From a virus (lineage: Duplodnaviria; Caudoviricetes), in IMG/VR virus record IMGVR_UViG_3300042507_004106: a stretch of 64,000 bases of DNA. One strand, written 5' to 3'. Position numbers and translations under genes: made by a program. Below the pieces are notes generated by a model. The model did not search any database. It had not been told where the DNA came from and was given only the letters and a program-made list of their open reading frames with translations. Shown piece by piece: positions 51,427-59,894 of the stretch (within the stretch, counting starts at the first letter, position 1; each line of letters opens with the position of its first letter).

Positions 51427-53349
51427 TTACGACCTCGTTAATTCTCCGTTTGAATAGCTTGACCTGTAAGAATCTTGTGTAAACACAACTCCAGATATAT
51501 CGTCACCAGAAGCAATTACGTCCTTAACCATATTTATTGTGCTTTTTGAAACATCAAATGAGACATAAAGATTCTTCAATCCAATGATATCGTTTGATTC
51601 TGGGAATGCCTGTATTTCAATAATATCGTCTTGAATATCGGTTGAAGTGATATTCAGTGTACCTAATAATATCTCTCCAGTTTCATAATTAACTGTTCCT
51701 GCAGATTGAACAATAACGGATGTTTTAATTGTAGAATCTGTGCCTACTCCTGAAAGAACAGTATAGGGTTTAACAATAGAAATAATTCCAGTCTTAAGAT
51801 CGGAGTTTGGAGTATCTGTGAGATAAACGGTATCGGATTCTCCAAAAATCTTGAATCCAGTTGATTTGATATTATATCCTGCAGGATTTACATGGAATCT
51901 GTTTCCATAGCATATTTCATACTGAGCAAGTTGATTCAGTTTTGCTTTCAGATCTCTTCTAATTCTAACTTTTGTAATGTTAGATGTGATCGCACTATCT
52001 GTAGAATCAATTACTTGTAAAATCTTACTGTACTTAAATCTACCACCAAATGCATTTAGATTTGGTGAACCTGCATAAGTTGTGAGGGAATTTACAACTC
52101 TGTTCTTAAGATCTTCTACAGTTGAAACTTGTGAATAGTTGTAGTAGATTGATGAATCTATTTCAACATATAAAACTTGAAGATCTACGATTTGTGGTTC
52201 AATTCCCGCTACCGTATATTGCTTAAGTTTATTTTGAATTTGTTGCTTATTAAAGTCCGATACATAAGTACCATTTTTTGGTTTAATACTGATCAAGACT
52301 TTTCCATATTGTGGTGGATCCAAATCTTCACCACCAACAACTGCTACTGATTCTGTATCTGGGTATATTTTAGATTTTAATATTGCCTCATAATCTCTTC
52401 CAGTTACAGCTCTATATTGAGATGAATAGATTCTTGGTGCGAAATATTTTACAGAGTCTATACTTTCAATATCAGATCCATTTTGGGATCTTTGATTTGT
52501 TGTAACTGTAATTGTGTTTGTTGGAATAATTGTATTCCCACTAGCATCCTTTAAAGATCCTGCGAAGGAGAAACCACTCACGCCGTTGCCTTCTTTTCCA
52601 TCAGTCACAATATAGGTAACTGTAATTACGGACCCATTTTCAAGTTTCTTACCAAAAAATCCATCACCAAAAAGAATCTGATATTTCTCATCCTGCACTT
52701 CTTGAAGCAGATAGATCTCTGAAGTTGAATTAATATCAAAGATATTATCTGCTAGAGAATATTCTCTACCTAAACCAGTATCGCTGGTACCCTTCACATA
52801 AACAACAATTGTTGATGAATCGATGAATGAATTATCTAAAATAAATTTCTGATCAAGAGAACCATCAACGACAAATTGCTTACGAAGGAACGTTCCTTCG
52901 CTAATTGTGAGGTTGCTAAACGTTGCAGTTCCATTGACTACTGATGAAGATATATTCTCCGAAACTGAGAAAGTATATGATGTTCCTTCTGCACTACCAG
53001 TGCATACCAGACCCGCCTGTAAGGTTAGTGTTGGGGTTGTTGAAGAAGTACTAACCTGAAAGGAAACAACTGCCTTAGAGGCGGTTCTGGAACGTGGTAC
53101 ATATCCAATATTTCTTGCTAGAGATACAACATTCTCTCTTACTGTTGCAGAATCTAAGAAAGATTCATTTACAACTAAGTTAGAGTTGAACGCTGTGATA
53201 TATGTGTTATATGCTAACGTATCAATCAGAACTGAGAAATTGGAACCCTCAAAGTCAAAATCTGTAAAGGAAGAATTTGCCCTAAGGTAATCCTTAATTG
53301 AAGTTCTGATCTGATCAAAGTCTAAATTTGAAAACTTAGTAAAAGGCAT
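51427..53349 (-). CDS. gp6: Baseplate wedge subunit gp6
   Basis: LDFDQIRTSIKDYL, FLDSATVRENVVSLARNIGYVPRS, QYRAVTGRDY. Confidence 0.95.
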   Translation of the reverse strand: MPFTKFSNLDFDQIRTSIKDYLRANSSFTDFDFEGSNFSVLIDTLAYNTYITAFNSNLVVNESFLDSATVRENVVSLARNIGYVPRSRTASKAVVSFQVSTSSTTPTLTLQAGLVCTGSAEGTSYTFSVSENISSSVVNGTATFSNLTISEGTFLRKQFVVDGSLDQKFILDNSFIDSSTIVVYVKGTSDTGLGREYSLADNIFDINSTSEIYLLQEVQDEKYQILFGDGFFGKKLENGSVITVTYIVTDGKEGNGVSGFSFAGSLKDASGNTIIPTNTITVTTNQRSQNGSDIESIDSVKYFAPRIYSSQYRAVTGRDYEAILKSKIYPDTESVAVVGGEDLDPPQYGKVLISIKPKNGTYVSDFNKQQIQNKLKQYTVAGIEPQIVDLQVLYVEIDSSIYYNYSQVSTVEDLKNRVVNSLTTYAGSPNLNAFGGRFKYSKILQVIDSTDSAITSNITKVRIRRDLKAKLNQLAQYEICYGNRFHVNPAGYNIKSTGFKIFGESDTVYLTDTPNSDLKTGIISIVKPYTVLSGVGTDSTIKTSVIVQSAGTVNYETGEILLGTLNITSTDIQDDIIEIQAFPESNDIIGLKNLYVSFDVSKSTINMVKDVIASGDDISGVVFTQDSYRSSYSNGELTRS

Positions 53350-53350
53350 T

Positions 53351-53752
53351 TTATCTTGCTGCCTCTAAGATAAATGAATATTGCTGCGTAGGAATTTCCT
53401 GCCCAATAATATCAAAAGATACAGTAACATCGAAGTTATTAGTATCTGGGGACGGTTCCACAATTACTCTAACATCAGTGACTCTTGGTTCAAAATTCCG
53501 AACAGTATTGATAATTTGATCTCTGATTACACTCGCAGTACCATAATCAACGAAATCAAATAAACTTGAACGAACTTTTGAACCAAGAACAGAATTAAAG
53601 AATCTTTCAGTTGGAATTGTTTCGACCAAATTACGAATAGAACGCATGATCGCACGTTCATTCTTCAGAACCGGCAGGTCCTTAGTAACAGGATGCGGTT
53701 CAAAGGATAAACTAATATCTTTGAAGGATCTAGATATCCTTGTAACGGTCAT
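53351..53752 (-). CDS. gp25: Baseplate wedge subunit gp25
   Basis: KNERAIMRSIRNLVETIPTERFFNS.LG, NFEPRV. Confidence 0.95.
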   Translation of the reverse strand: MTVTRISRSFKDISLSFEPHPVTKDLPVLKNERAIMRSIRNLVETIPTERFFNSVLGSKVRSSLFDFVDYGTASVIRDQIINTVRNFEPRVTDVRVIVEPSPDTNNFDVTVSFDIIGQEIPTQQYSFILEAAR

Positions 53753-53782
53753 TGGACATAAAATTTCTTTATTTATTTATGA

Positions 53783-54025
53783 CTATTTCCAGGGAGAACC
53801 GTACATTGCATCGGTTCCATACTCCCAGTCATCATAATCTTCATCGTTTCTAATTTTCTCATGCAACTCAACTTGTTTTTTGAGATCATGCTTTGGTGCT
53901 AGATCGTGCATAACCTCTTGAATGATTCTTTTTTGTTGTGGGTAATTGTAATCTGTGATGAGTTTTGAGGTTCCCCACATCTCATACATGTAATTTGAAT
54001 CTCTATCTACGGGTAGATTTGACAT
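53783..54025 (-). CDS. Hypothetical protein
   Basis: 80-aa ORF with RBS-like AGGAG upstream. Confidence 0.7.
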   Translation of the reverse strand: MSNLPVDRDSNYMYEMWGTSKLITDYNYPQQKRIIQEVMHDLAPKHDLKKQVELHEKIRNDEDYDDWEYGTDAMYGSPWK

Positions 54026-54096
54026 TGTGTTAGCTCCTGTTTTACAAATATAAAACAGAACTTTTATAAAGGAGGTTGCTATCTCCTTATTTCTAT

Positions 54097-54438
54097 TTAA
54101 CGCTCTACTTCTCTCAGAGAATAAGAGTCCGTGTCAAGATATTTAAGTATCTCTAACGCAATCAAACGTGGATTTCCTTCGCCACAAGTGTAAACATCTA
54201 CCGCTAGACAACCATTCTCTGGCCAAGTGTGGCAAGAAACATGACTTTCTGCAAGTGCGATCACAACAGTACATCCTTGTGGAAGAAAGCAATGAGAAAA
54301 AGTGTTCAAAATCGTCATCTTAGCGCGATTTATGCCTTTGATCATGACGTTTTGTAGAGATTCAACGTCATTGATCAGATCAAATTTAACATTATACACC
54401 TCTAACAGAAGGTGCTTACCCATTGAAAACTTTTCCAA
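54097..54438 (-). CDS. speD: Pyruvoyl-dependent S-adenosylmethionine decarboxylase family proenzyme
   Basis: GKHLLLEV, PQGCTVVIALAESHVSCHTWPE (ES self-cleavage site), AVDVYTCG. Confidence 0.92.
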   Translation of the reverse strand: MEKFSMGKHLLLEVYNVKFDLINDVESLQNVMIKGINRAKMTILNTFSHCFLPQGCTVVIALAESHVSCHTWPENGCLAVDVYTCGEGNPRLIALEILKYLDTDSYSLREVER

Positions 54439-54462
54439 CTCAAATTTCTGTTAAAAATTTAT

Positions 54463-55056
54463 TTATTGTACATAAAAACCCTGTCTAAAGTAGTCAGGAT
54501 CCTCAATGAAGGGCATATTTTCTATCTTTTCACCATCCCAAACAGGAATCGCAACTGAATTACCGTACCTAAAATCAGGATTTCTTCGAAAATGTACTTC
54601 AATTAGATTTTTACCAATAAATTCGCAGTTTATCCACTCATAATTGCCCTTTAAGTCTTTTAAAATGTCGGGAAATTCAACATTTCTATCAACTTTTTCC
54701 CATTTTTTCCACTTATAGTAAGGATCATTGGGGTCACGAGTGCCAAGTACGATTAAATCCGCCTTTTGATGGTGAAAATCAACACTTAAATGCTCTCCTT
54801 CAAAGATCTCACACCAAAATTCAGAAGGATGTATGTGATCCGTGTATTGTTCTAACCATTCTTTACGAGCAAAACGCCCCATGCCCATCAAATTGAAGGA
54901 TGGGCGCACAATATAAAAGTCGGGTCTGGGAACTGTGGTACCAACAGGACCACAAGTATAACCCAAAACCCGACTTAGAAATAATTTATTGTAAACCCAG
55001 AGGTCTGATGGATGTATTTGATTCCATTCATCATTACCATCTAGGTAATACATCAT
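54463..55056 (-). CDS. Putative ATP-grasp-like protein
   Basis: YIVRPSFNLMGMG, FWCEIFEGEHLSVD, INCEFIG.NLIEVHFRRNPD resemble ATP-grasp elements (pattern recognition only). Confidence 0.5.
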   Translation of the reverse strand: MMYYLDGNDEWNQIHPSDLWVYNKLFLSRVLGYTCGPVGTTVPRPDFYIVRPSFNLMGMGRFARKEWLEQYTDHIHPSEFWCEIFEGEHLSVDFHHQKADLIVLGTRDPNDPYYKWKKWEKVDRNVEFPDILKDLKGNYEWINCEFIGKNLIEVHFRRNPDFRYGNSVAIPVWDGEKIENMPFIEDPDYFRQGFYVQ

Positions 55057-55208
55057 CCTTTCCCCTGCCCTCTATATTTTTTACGAGCTTTATTACGAGA
55101 AGACGCAGCATACTTAGTTCCGTATCCATTTCCTTGACGAGATTTCTTAGGAGGTCCAGGATTATAAGAACCGTTCTTAGTTGGTCCAACCTTTGATTTT
55201 ACAGCCAT
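55053..55208 (-). CDS. 51-aa highly basic peptide
   Basis: Manual translation MAVKSKVGPTKNGSYNPGPPKKSRQGNGYGTKYAASSRNKARKKYRGQGKG; start and stop overlap the neighbouring genes. Confidence 0.75.
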   Translation of the reverse strand: MAVKSKVGPTKNGSYNPGPPKKSRQGNGYGTKYAASSRNKARKKYRGQGKG

Positions 55209-55372
55209 TAATTTTCTCCAATAATTTCAGTTTCAATTTCTTCAGGGCGTGGAGAACCTGTCTGATAAAATTCAATCGCCAGGTCCTCCATAATATCGAA
55301 ATATTCTTGCTCTGTAAGACTTGAGTAAATCTTTCTCCCCTTACAGATAATATTGTAAGAATCGTTAGACAT
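55208..55372 (-). CDS. Small hypothetical protein
   Basis: Probable start MSNDSYNIICKGRKIY (ATG overlaps the GT stop). Confidence 0.7.
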   Translation of the reverse strand: MSNDSYNIICKGRKIYSSLTEQEYFDIMEDLAIEFYQTGSPRPEEIETEIIGEN

Positions 55373-56130
55373 CAAATAATCCTTGATTTTTCGTGACCGA
55401 CTCTGATGCGAGGATCGCACCAAATTTCAAATCCTGCTTCTTTTGCATCCAAACAGAACGATACATCTTCTCCACACATATCCTGAACTTGACCAGACTC
55501 AAAGACTTGCATCTTAGGAGCAAACCATGGATACTTCATCTCCGAATGTTCAAATACACCGTTTTTAATCAGAACCCAACCAAAACCAGTGTAGTCAACT
55601 GTGAAAGGCTTACGACGCTTTGAGATGCTATCAACGGTTTCATGATTCATCACTCCACCATTACCACGGAAATCATCTTCATCCAACCAGTGCGCCACTG
55701 AGGTTGTGTGACCGTCCTCTGTAGCATACCAACCAGCAGCGATATCCTTTTCCATTAGAACTAATTGCCAGAATTTTTCTGTATTGAAAACAATATCAGA
55801 ATCAATCCAAAGTTGCCAATCATATTTAAGTTTTCCATCCCAGGGAATCTGATCAGGTCCACGCAGTACATTCGCACCTAAACATTTGCATCGAGCAAAG
55901 TTTACCATCGATGAATAGTCCTGCGAGATCTGAATGCTTGCCCCCGATTGCACAAGGTCAAAACACAGTTGCACGAAGTTCTTTAAGTATGTGTAAGATA
56001 CACCTCTACCAGGAAGACAAAAAACAATTGACTTTCCTTTTACCATTTCTTTTGCCAGATCATAGTCCCATTCTTGTGTGGGTGATGCGACTACGGGCGA
56101 TTTTGCTTTTACTGTAAATCCTTTAGCCAT
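55372..56130 (-). CDS. GT-A fold (GT2-like) glycosyltransferase
   Basis: LWIDSDIVF (DxD), TGFGWVLIK, GEDVSFC, GHEK; own promoter TTGACT-N17-TATGAT at 56181-56153. Confidence 0.8.
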   Translation of the reverse strand: MAKGFTVKAKSPVVASPTQEWDYDLAKEMVKGKSIVFCLPGRGVSYTYLKNFVQLCFDLVQSGASIQISQDYSSMVNFARCKCLGANVLRGPDQIPWDGKLKYDWQLWIDSDIVFNTEKFWQLVLMEKDIAAGWYATEDGHTTSVAHWLDEDDFRGNGGVMNHETVDSISKRRKPFTVDYTGFGWVLIKNGVFEHSEMKYPWFAPKMQVFESGQVQDMCGEDVSFCLDAKEAGFEIWCDPRIRVGHEKSRII

Positions 56131-56181
56131 AAGATAAGTTGTTTACTTCAGTATCATACTCTATTATGTAGAAGAAGTCAA

Positions 56182-56352
56182 TCAGTCTCTTTCTGATAAA
56201 ACGACTTCGTTACCCTCTAAGGTAAACTTAACTTCTGTGTCTTCGTACCATGAAAGATCGTTTATGATCTGCTCAGGTATTACAAGGTAGTATTCACCGT
56301 TAATTGGATCGACTTGTATCGTCTCAAAAATATCTCCGGAATTTTTTTTCAT
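56182..56352 (-). CDS. AbrB/MazE-like small DNA-binding protein
   Basis: Manual translation MKKNSGDIFETIQVDPINGEYYLVIPEQIINDLSWYEDTEVKFTLEGNEVVLSERD. Confidence 0.6.
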   Translation of the reverse strand: MKKNSGDIFETIQVDPINGEYYLVIPEQIINDLSWYEDTEVKFTLEGNEVVLSERD

Positions 56353-56549
56353 TTCAGTATATGATTGAACCTTTTCTGCTATTATATATTCTCCGGGATT
56401 TTTTGAATAGAGAGATATTGAAAGGTCGATCTGGGTCGTTTATAGCTTATGGGGACCCATTCATTATAACACGGGGGCGGGGTAGGGGACCGCAACCCCC
56501 CACCCACTGCCGATCACGAACGAATAAGACTGCCCCCACGAACAGCGGG

Positions 56550-56720
56550 TCACCCCCGCCCCGCGAATGCCTCAGAGTACTGGGCGGCGATGGCGACGGC
56601 GGGCAGACCCCAGTGGATGTAGGCGGAGGGGCGGGAACCGTTCTTCAGTTGGTCGTGGCGGGAGATCCATTTGATCTGGCGGGTCTCCAGGTCAGAGCAC
56701 ATGCAGAGGGGGAAGCGCAT
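56550..56720 (-). CDS. Early small hypothetical protein
   Basis: Start MRFPLCMCSD after promoter TTGCGA-N17-TACAAT (56774-56746). Confidence 0.65.
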   Translation of the reverse strand: MRFPLCMCSDLETRQIKWISRHDQLKNGSRPSAYIHWGLPAVAIAAQYSEAFAGRG

Positions 56721-56790
56721 CGGTCTGGGGTGGTGAACTGAGAGAATTGTACAGCATCGGGGGGCGGATCGCAACCCACCCCCTCACGAA

Positions 56791-57051
56791 TCAGATGCCT
56801 GCCATTGCGGCGACCAGCCGATCACGCTTGCGGATCGCTTCGGGCAGGATGAACCACTCATCACGCTTGCCGTTGGCGTGGCAGGTGGCGGCGAGGATGC
56901 GCTCCTGCTCCATGTCCACCATCAGGGCATGGATGGTGCCCTTGTGGCGGCGGGGGTCAAGACCCATAGAGCGCACCAGGTCGGAGCAGGTCATGGGGCC
57001 ATCGTTGATCAGGTGAGTGCGGATGGCGGCGCAGATGATGGAGGTGAGCAT
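56791..57051 (-). CDS. Early winged-helix-like DNA-binding protein
   Basis: Start MLTSIICAAIRTHL; GPMTCSDLVRSMGL...TIHALMVDMEQERIL...EWFI; promoter TGC-TACAAT at 57078-57086. Confidence 0.6.
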   Translation of the reverse strand: MLTSIICAAIRTHLINDGPMTCSDLVRSMGLDPRRHKGTIHALMVDMEQERILAATCHANGKRDEWFILPEAIRKRDRLVAAMAGI

Positions 57052-57088
57052 GGTTCGGGGTCCTGTGAACTGAGAGTATTGTAGCAGG

Positions 57089-57256
57089 TCAAAAGGCGAC
57101 CTCATGATCCCAGTAGAGATGCCACAGGGCGGTCAGAGTCTCCCGCTCCCGCTGCTGACGGTAGTGTGCCCAGGACTCGTGCTCAAAGGGACGCAGGGCG
57201 GCAGCGCGGGCAGCGGCGCAGCGCATCGCGTTGTCGGCCCAGGTGTGGTTGGTCAT
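57089..57256 (-). CDS. Early small hypothetical protein
   Basis: MTNHTWADNAMR...; -10 TACAAT at 57283-57288. Confidence 0.6.
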   Translation of the reverse strand: MTNHTWADNAMRCAAARAAALRPFEHESWAHYRQQRERETLTALWHLYWDHEVAF

Positions 57257-57306
57257 CGGTGGGGGAGGTGTCGGTTGAGAGTATTGTAGCAGATCGGGGG
57301 GGGGGC

Positions 57307-57468
57307 TCACTGCCCGTTGGTGTAGTCTCCGATGATGACCCCGTTGCAGCGGACCTGAGCGTAACCGTACTCTTCAGAGAGGTCCAGGCACAGGAGCCAG
57401 GCGCGGTCGGCGTCGGTGGTGGTGTTCTCCCAAGGAGCGGAGGGGCAGAACACGTCGTAGCGGGTCAT
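57307..57468 (-). CDS. Early small hypothetical protein (53 aa)
   Basis: Manual translation MTRYDVFCPSAPWENTTTDADRAWLLCLDLSEEYGYAQVRCNGVIIGDYTNGQ; -10 TATACT at 57492-57497. Confidence 0.7.
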   Translation of the reverse strand: MTRYDVFCPSAPWENTTTDADRAWLLCLDLSEEYGYAQVRCNGVIIGDYTNGQ

Positions 57469-57536
57469 GAGAGGTTGTCTGAACTGAAGTCAGTATAGCG
57501 GGTCGGTGGGGGGCATCGCGGCCCCCAGTGTGCGGT

Positions 57537-57734
57537 TCAGGAATTGGGCCAGAGGGCGTTGGCGATCTTATCAGCAGCGCCCTGCAGGTTGTCGCGGACG
57601 ATCAGGCGGAGGATCTCAGCACCGTCAGGGGTGGCGTGCATCTGGCGGATCATGCTAGGGGTGAAGCAATCCCAGGTGATCACATCAGCAGTCTGCAGGA
57701 GTTGGGCGTCGGCGTTGGAGATGGTGTGAGTCAT
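57537..57734 (-). CDS. Early small hypothetical protein
   Basis: MTHTISNADAQLLQ...; -10 TACAAT at 57757-57762. Confidence 0.7.
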   Translation of the reverse strand: MTHTISNADAQLLQTADVITWDCFTPSMIRQMHATPDGAEILRLIVRDNLQGAADKIANALWPNS

Positions 57735-57767
57735 GGGGTTCGTTGCGGTTGAGAGTATTGTAGCAGA

Positions 57768-57989
57768 TCAGGCGTCCCGTGCTGCTAGGAGCAGGGCATG
57801 AAATTTGTGGAATTCGTGGGTCATGCCAGGGGAGAGAGTCGGGCGTCCCTTGCTGCCGTGAGTCGGAAGGTGGAAGGTCTGGGGGATGCTAGGATGGGTC
57901 ACCTTGTCGTGACTGCCCCCTGATTTGATGGTTGCTCCTGCCTTCAGGAACTGGCGGCGGGCGTCGCGTACCTTGATTGGGGATGCCAT
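57768..57989 (-). CDS. hicA: HicA-family (mRNA interferase-like) protein
   Basis: 73 aa from MASPIKVRDARRQFLKAGATIKSGGSHDKVTHPSIPQTFHLPTHG; GSH...HP...P.H pattern of HicA. Confidence 0.7.
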   Translation of the reverse strand: MASPIKVRDARRQFLKAGATIKSGGSHDKVTHPSIPQTFHLPTHGSKGRPTLSPGMTHEFHKFHALLLAARDA

Positions 57990-58002
57990 AGGAGGGTCGG
58001 GG

Positions 58003-58170
58003 TCAGTGGCGGTCGCTGATGTCCCACACGCCCCAGCCGCCGTTGGCGTGAGCGTCGCGGACTTCGATCGCCTGCTGCCTCTGGGCGCTGGTGTAGGTTG
58101 CCCAACCATCGCTGTTGAGGTCGTCGCCGTAGCAGGCATTCCAGATTAGGTTCGCTTCGGTCAGGGTCAT
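58003..58170 (-). CDS. Early small hypothetical protein (55 aa)
   Basis: Manual translation MTLTEANLIWNACYGDDLNSDGWATYTSAQRQQAIEVRDAHANGGWGVWDISDRH; -10 TATACT at 58194-58199. Confidence 0.7.
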   Translation of the reverse strand: MTLTEANLIWNACYGDDLNSDGWATYTSAQRQQAIEVRDAHANGGWGVWDISDRH

Positions 58171-58239
58171 GAGTCGTTTGCTTTGGTTCCCATAGTATAA
58201 GACCCCCAGCGGCGAACCGTGGGGGTCTGGTGGTCAGAT

Positions 58240-58407
58240 TCAGAACTGGATCGGATCGGCGGTCGGGGCGCTGATTGCCGCATAATGGGCGGCGCAGTCA
58301 GCGATGCCTGCCTGCTCAACGTCGCTGGTGATGGTATCCAGGATCTGCAGGATGCTGTCCCCGTTGCTACCTTGGCGGAGCAGGGACAGGGCAAGGTCGC
58401 GGGTCAT
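58240..58407 (-). CDS. Early small hypothetical protein (55 aa)
   Basis: Start MTRDLALSLLRQG; -10 TACAAT at 58460-58465. Confidence 0.65.
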   Translation of the reverse strand: MTRDLALSLLRQGSNGDSILQILDTITSDVEQAGIADCAAHYAAISAPTADPIQF

Positions 58408-58465
58408 TTGGAATTCGGGTAGAAAGGTTGGCGGAGTCTTTAGGGGCGCTGCCGTTCCCATTGTA

Positions 58466-58627
58466 TCAGCGTTCGAGTTGCGCCAGACTGCTAGGGGCGA
58501 TGTGAGAGGGAGAACCACAGGAGCGGTAGAAGTCTACCATGCGGTCTGCCTCCTCTTTACTGGTGAACCACTGCGACCGCCACTCACAAGCGTTGTAGGG
58601 GGTCTGGTAACGGACTTCGAAGCGCAT
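58466..58627 (-). CDS. Early small hypothetical protein (53 aa)
   Basis: Manual translation MRFEVRYQTPYNACEWRSQWFTSKEEADRMVDFYRSCGSPSHIAPSSLAQLER; -10 TAGAAT at 58653-58658. Confidence 0.7.
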   Translation of the reverse strand: MRFEVRYQTPYNACEWRSQWFTSKEEADRMVDFYRSCGSPSHIAPSSLAQLER

Positions 58628-58813
58628 GGGGTCGTTTGCTTGGTATGGAAGAATTCTACAGGGTCAGCGGGAGACGATATCGCCTGCGGTGTGCAGTGCG
58701 CTTGCCGTCACACTGCGGATCGGTTCCAGCGGACCCCAGAGAGTGTAAGCGACGCAACCCAGAACCAGCAGTTTAAACATCAGAAATTTGCGATGGGAAA
58801 GTGAGAATCAGAA

Positions 58814-59074
58814 TCAGAAATCAAACACGTCGCCGTTAATCTCAGCGCGGTTGATCTTAGGGTCGTTCCACTTCACACCATCGGGAGTTTCTTTGGTGCC
58901 GAACTCATAGAATGCCTCAAGCAGATCCTCATAGCAGCAGATATCATTCTCACGGATGAAGGTATAAATGCCCTCATCATTCTCAATCCAGAGCACAACA
59001 TTCCAGGTCTCATAATTCGTCCAACCGTTATAGGTGCGGTCGGTGAGGTTGGTCTGGTAGGTGGTGGCGGGCAT
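58814..59074 (-). CDS. Early hypothetical protein with YNGWTNYETW motif
   Basis: Start MPATTYQTNL; -10 TATACT at 59097-59102. Confidence 0.75.
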   Translation of the reverse strand: MPATTYQTNLTDRTYNGWTNYETWNVVLWIENDEGIYTFIRENDICCYEDLLEAFYEFGTKETPDGVKWNDPKINRAEINGDVFDF

Positions 59075-59141
59075 TGGGTTCGTTTGAACTGAAGTTAGTA
59101 TAGGGGCAGGGAGGGGGGTCTGTGCCCCCCTGGTGGACAGT

Positions 59142-59894
59142 TCAGTAAGCGTCACAGCGGGCGTTGACTTCCTGCAGAAGTTTACCTACCTTGTCCTGCT
59201 GCAGTTTGATGACAACTTGACTGTTACGGTTTGCCTTACTGGCGCCCAGAAATGCATTGATGCCGTTGTTACTGGTCACCCGCAAACGCAGACCGCAATC
59301 ATACACATTCCCTTCAGCATCTACAAAGTACACCATGCGGGAAGATTTGCCGTTGCCTTTGAGAACAACAGAGTAACCCTTCTGAATGTAACCGACTGCA
59401 GGATGTTGCTCTGCAGCGAACACATAAAGTTCAGAAGTCTTGGTGTCGTTGATCACCAGATCAAACCCAGCATTGTGCTCAATCAGACCACGCTGCAGAA
59501 TCTCAATCACTTGTGCAGAGGTGAGAGAATCCAGGGAAAGTTCGCAGAGAGCATTGAAACTGTCGCGAATCTTCAGCACAAATTCTTCATCAGAACGCAG
59601 CGATTCGGGCATCTGACGGAGTTCTTTCATGTTAGAAAGAAAGTGGTCAAAGGTATCACCCAGCACGTCATTGTAGGCGCTGGTGTTGAACCAATCAAAC
59701 GAACCGTTGCTGATGCCTTCCTTACGCTTGATGCTGATCTTCTTATCACCAGCGACGGCATCTTCCTTACACTTAGTGCCGCCACGCTTCTCTACAGTTT
59801 CGCTGTAGATTTGCTTTTCATTCAGGATTTGAACGGTGAGGTCCTCATTCTTCACACCACCGTGATGAACAGAACCGTCAGTTTTGTAGGTCAT
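59142..59894 (-). CDS. Putative PD-(D/E)xK restriction-endonuclease-like nuclease
   Basis: Start MTYKTDG; GGTKCKEDAVAGDKKISIK; promoter TTGACC-N17-TATTCT (60017-59989). Confidence 0.55.
   Translation of the reverse strand: MTYKTDGSVHHGGVKNEDLTVQILNEKQIYSETVEKRGGTKCKEDAVAGDKKISIKRKEGISNGSFDWFNTSAYNDVLGDTFDHFLSNMKELRQMPESLRSDEEFVLKIRDSFNALCELSLDSLTSAQVIEILQRGLIEHNAGFDLVINDTKTSELYVFAAEQHPAVGYIQKGYSVVLKGNGKSSRMVYFVDAEGNVYDCGLRLRVTSNNGINAFLGASKANRNSQVVIKLQQDKVGKLLQEVNARCDAY

Noticed and set aside
54030-54095. Two adjacent hairpins (CTGTTTTA..TAAAACAG; AAGGAG..CTCCTT), considered as tRNA or riboswitch
   Set aside because: Too short and no cloverleaf; most simply a terminator or processing stems
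56463-56495. Additional promoter TATAAT with TTGCGG upstream
   Set aside because: The spacer is 21 nt, so the -35 assignment is unsupported; not counted among the cassette promoters
56791-57051. Possible Z-alpha (Z-DNA binding) domain
   Set aside because: Ends in a W-x-I wing, but the Asn/Tyr recognition-helix residues are missing (IHALMV); kept as generic wHTH
57768-58139. 123-aa ORF-track call for the HicA-like frame
   Set aside because: The N-terminal 50 aa overlap a better 55-aa ORF (58003-58170) in another frame; the likely start is ATG 57989
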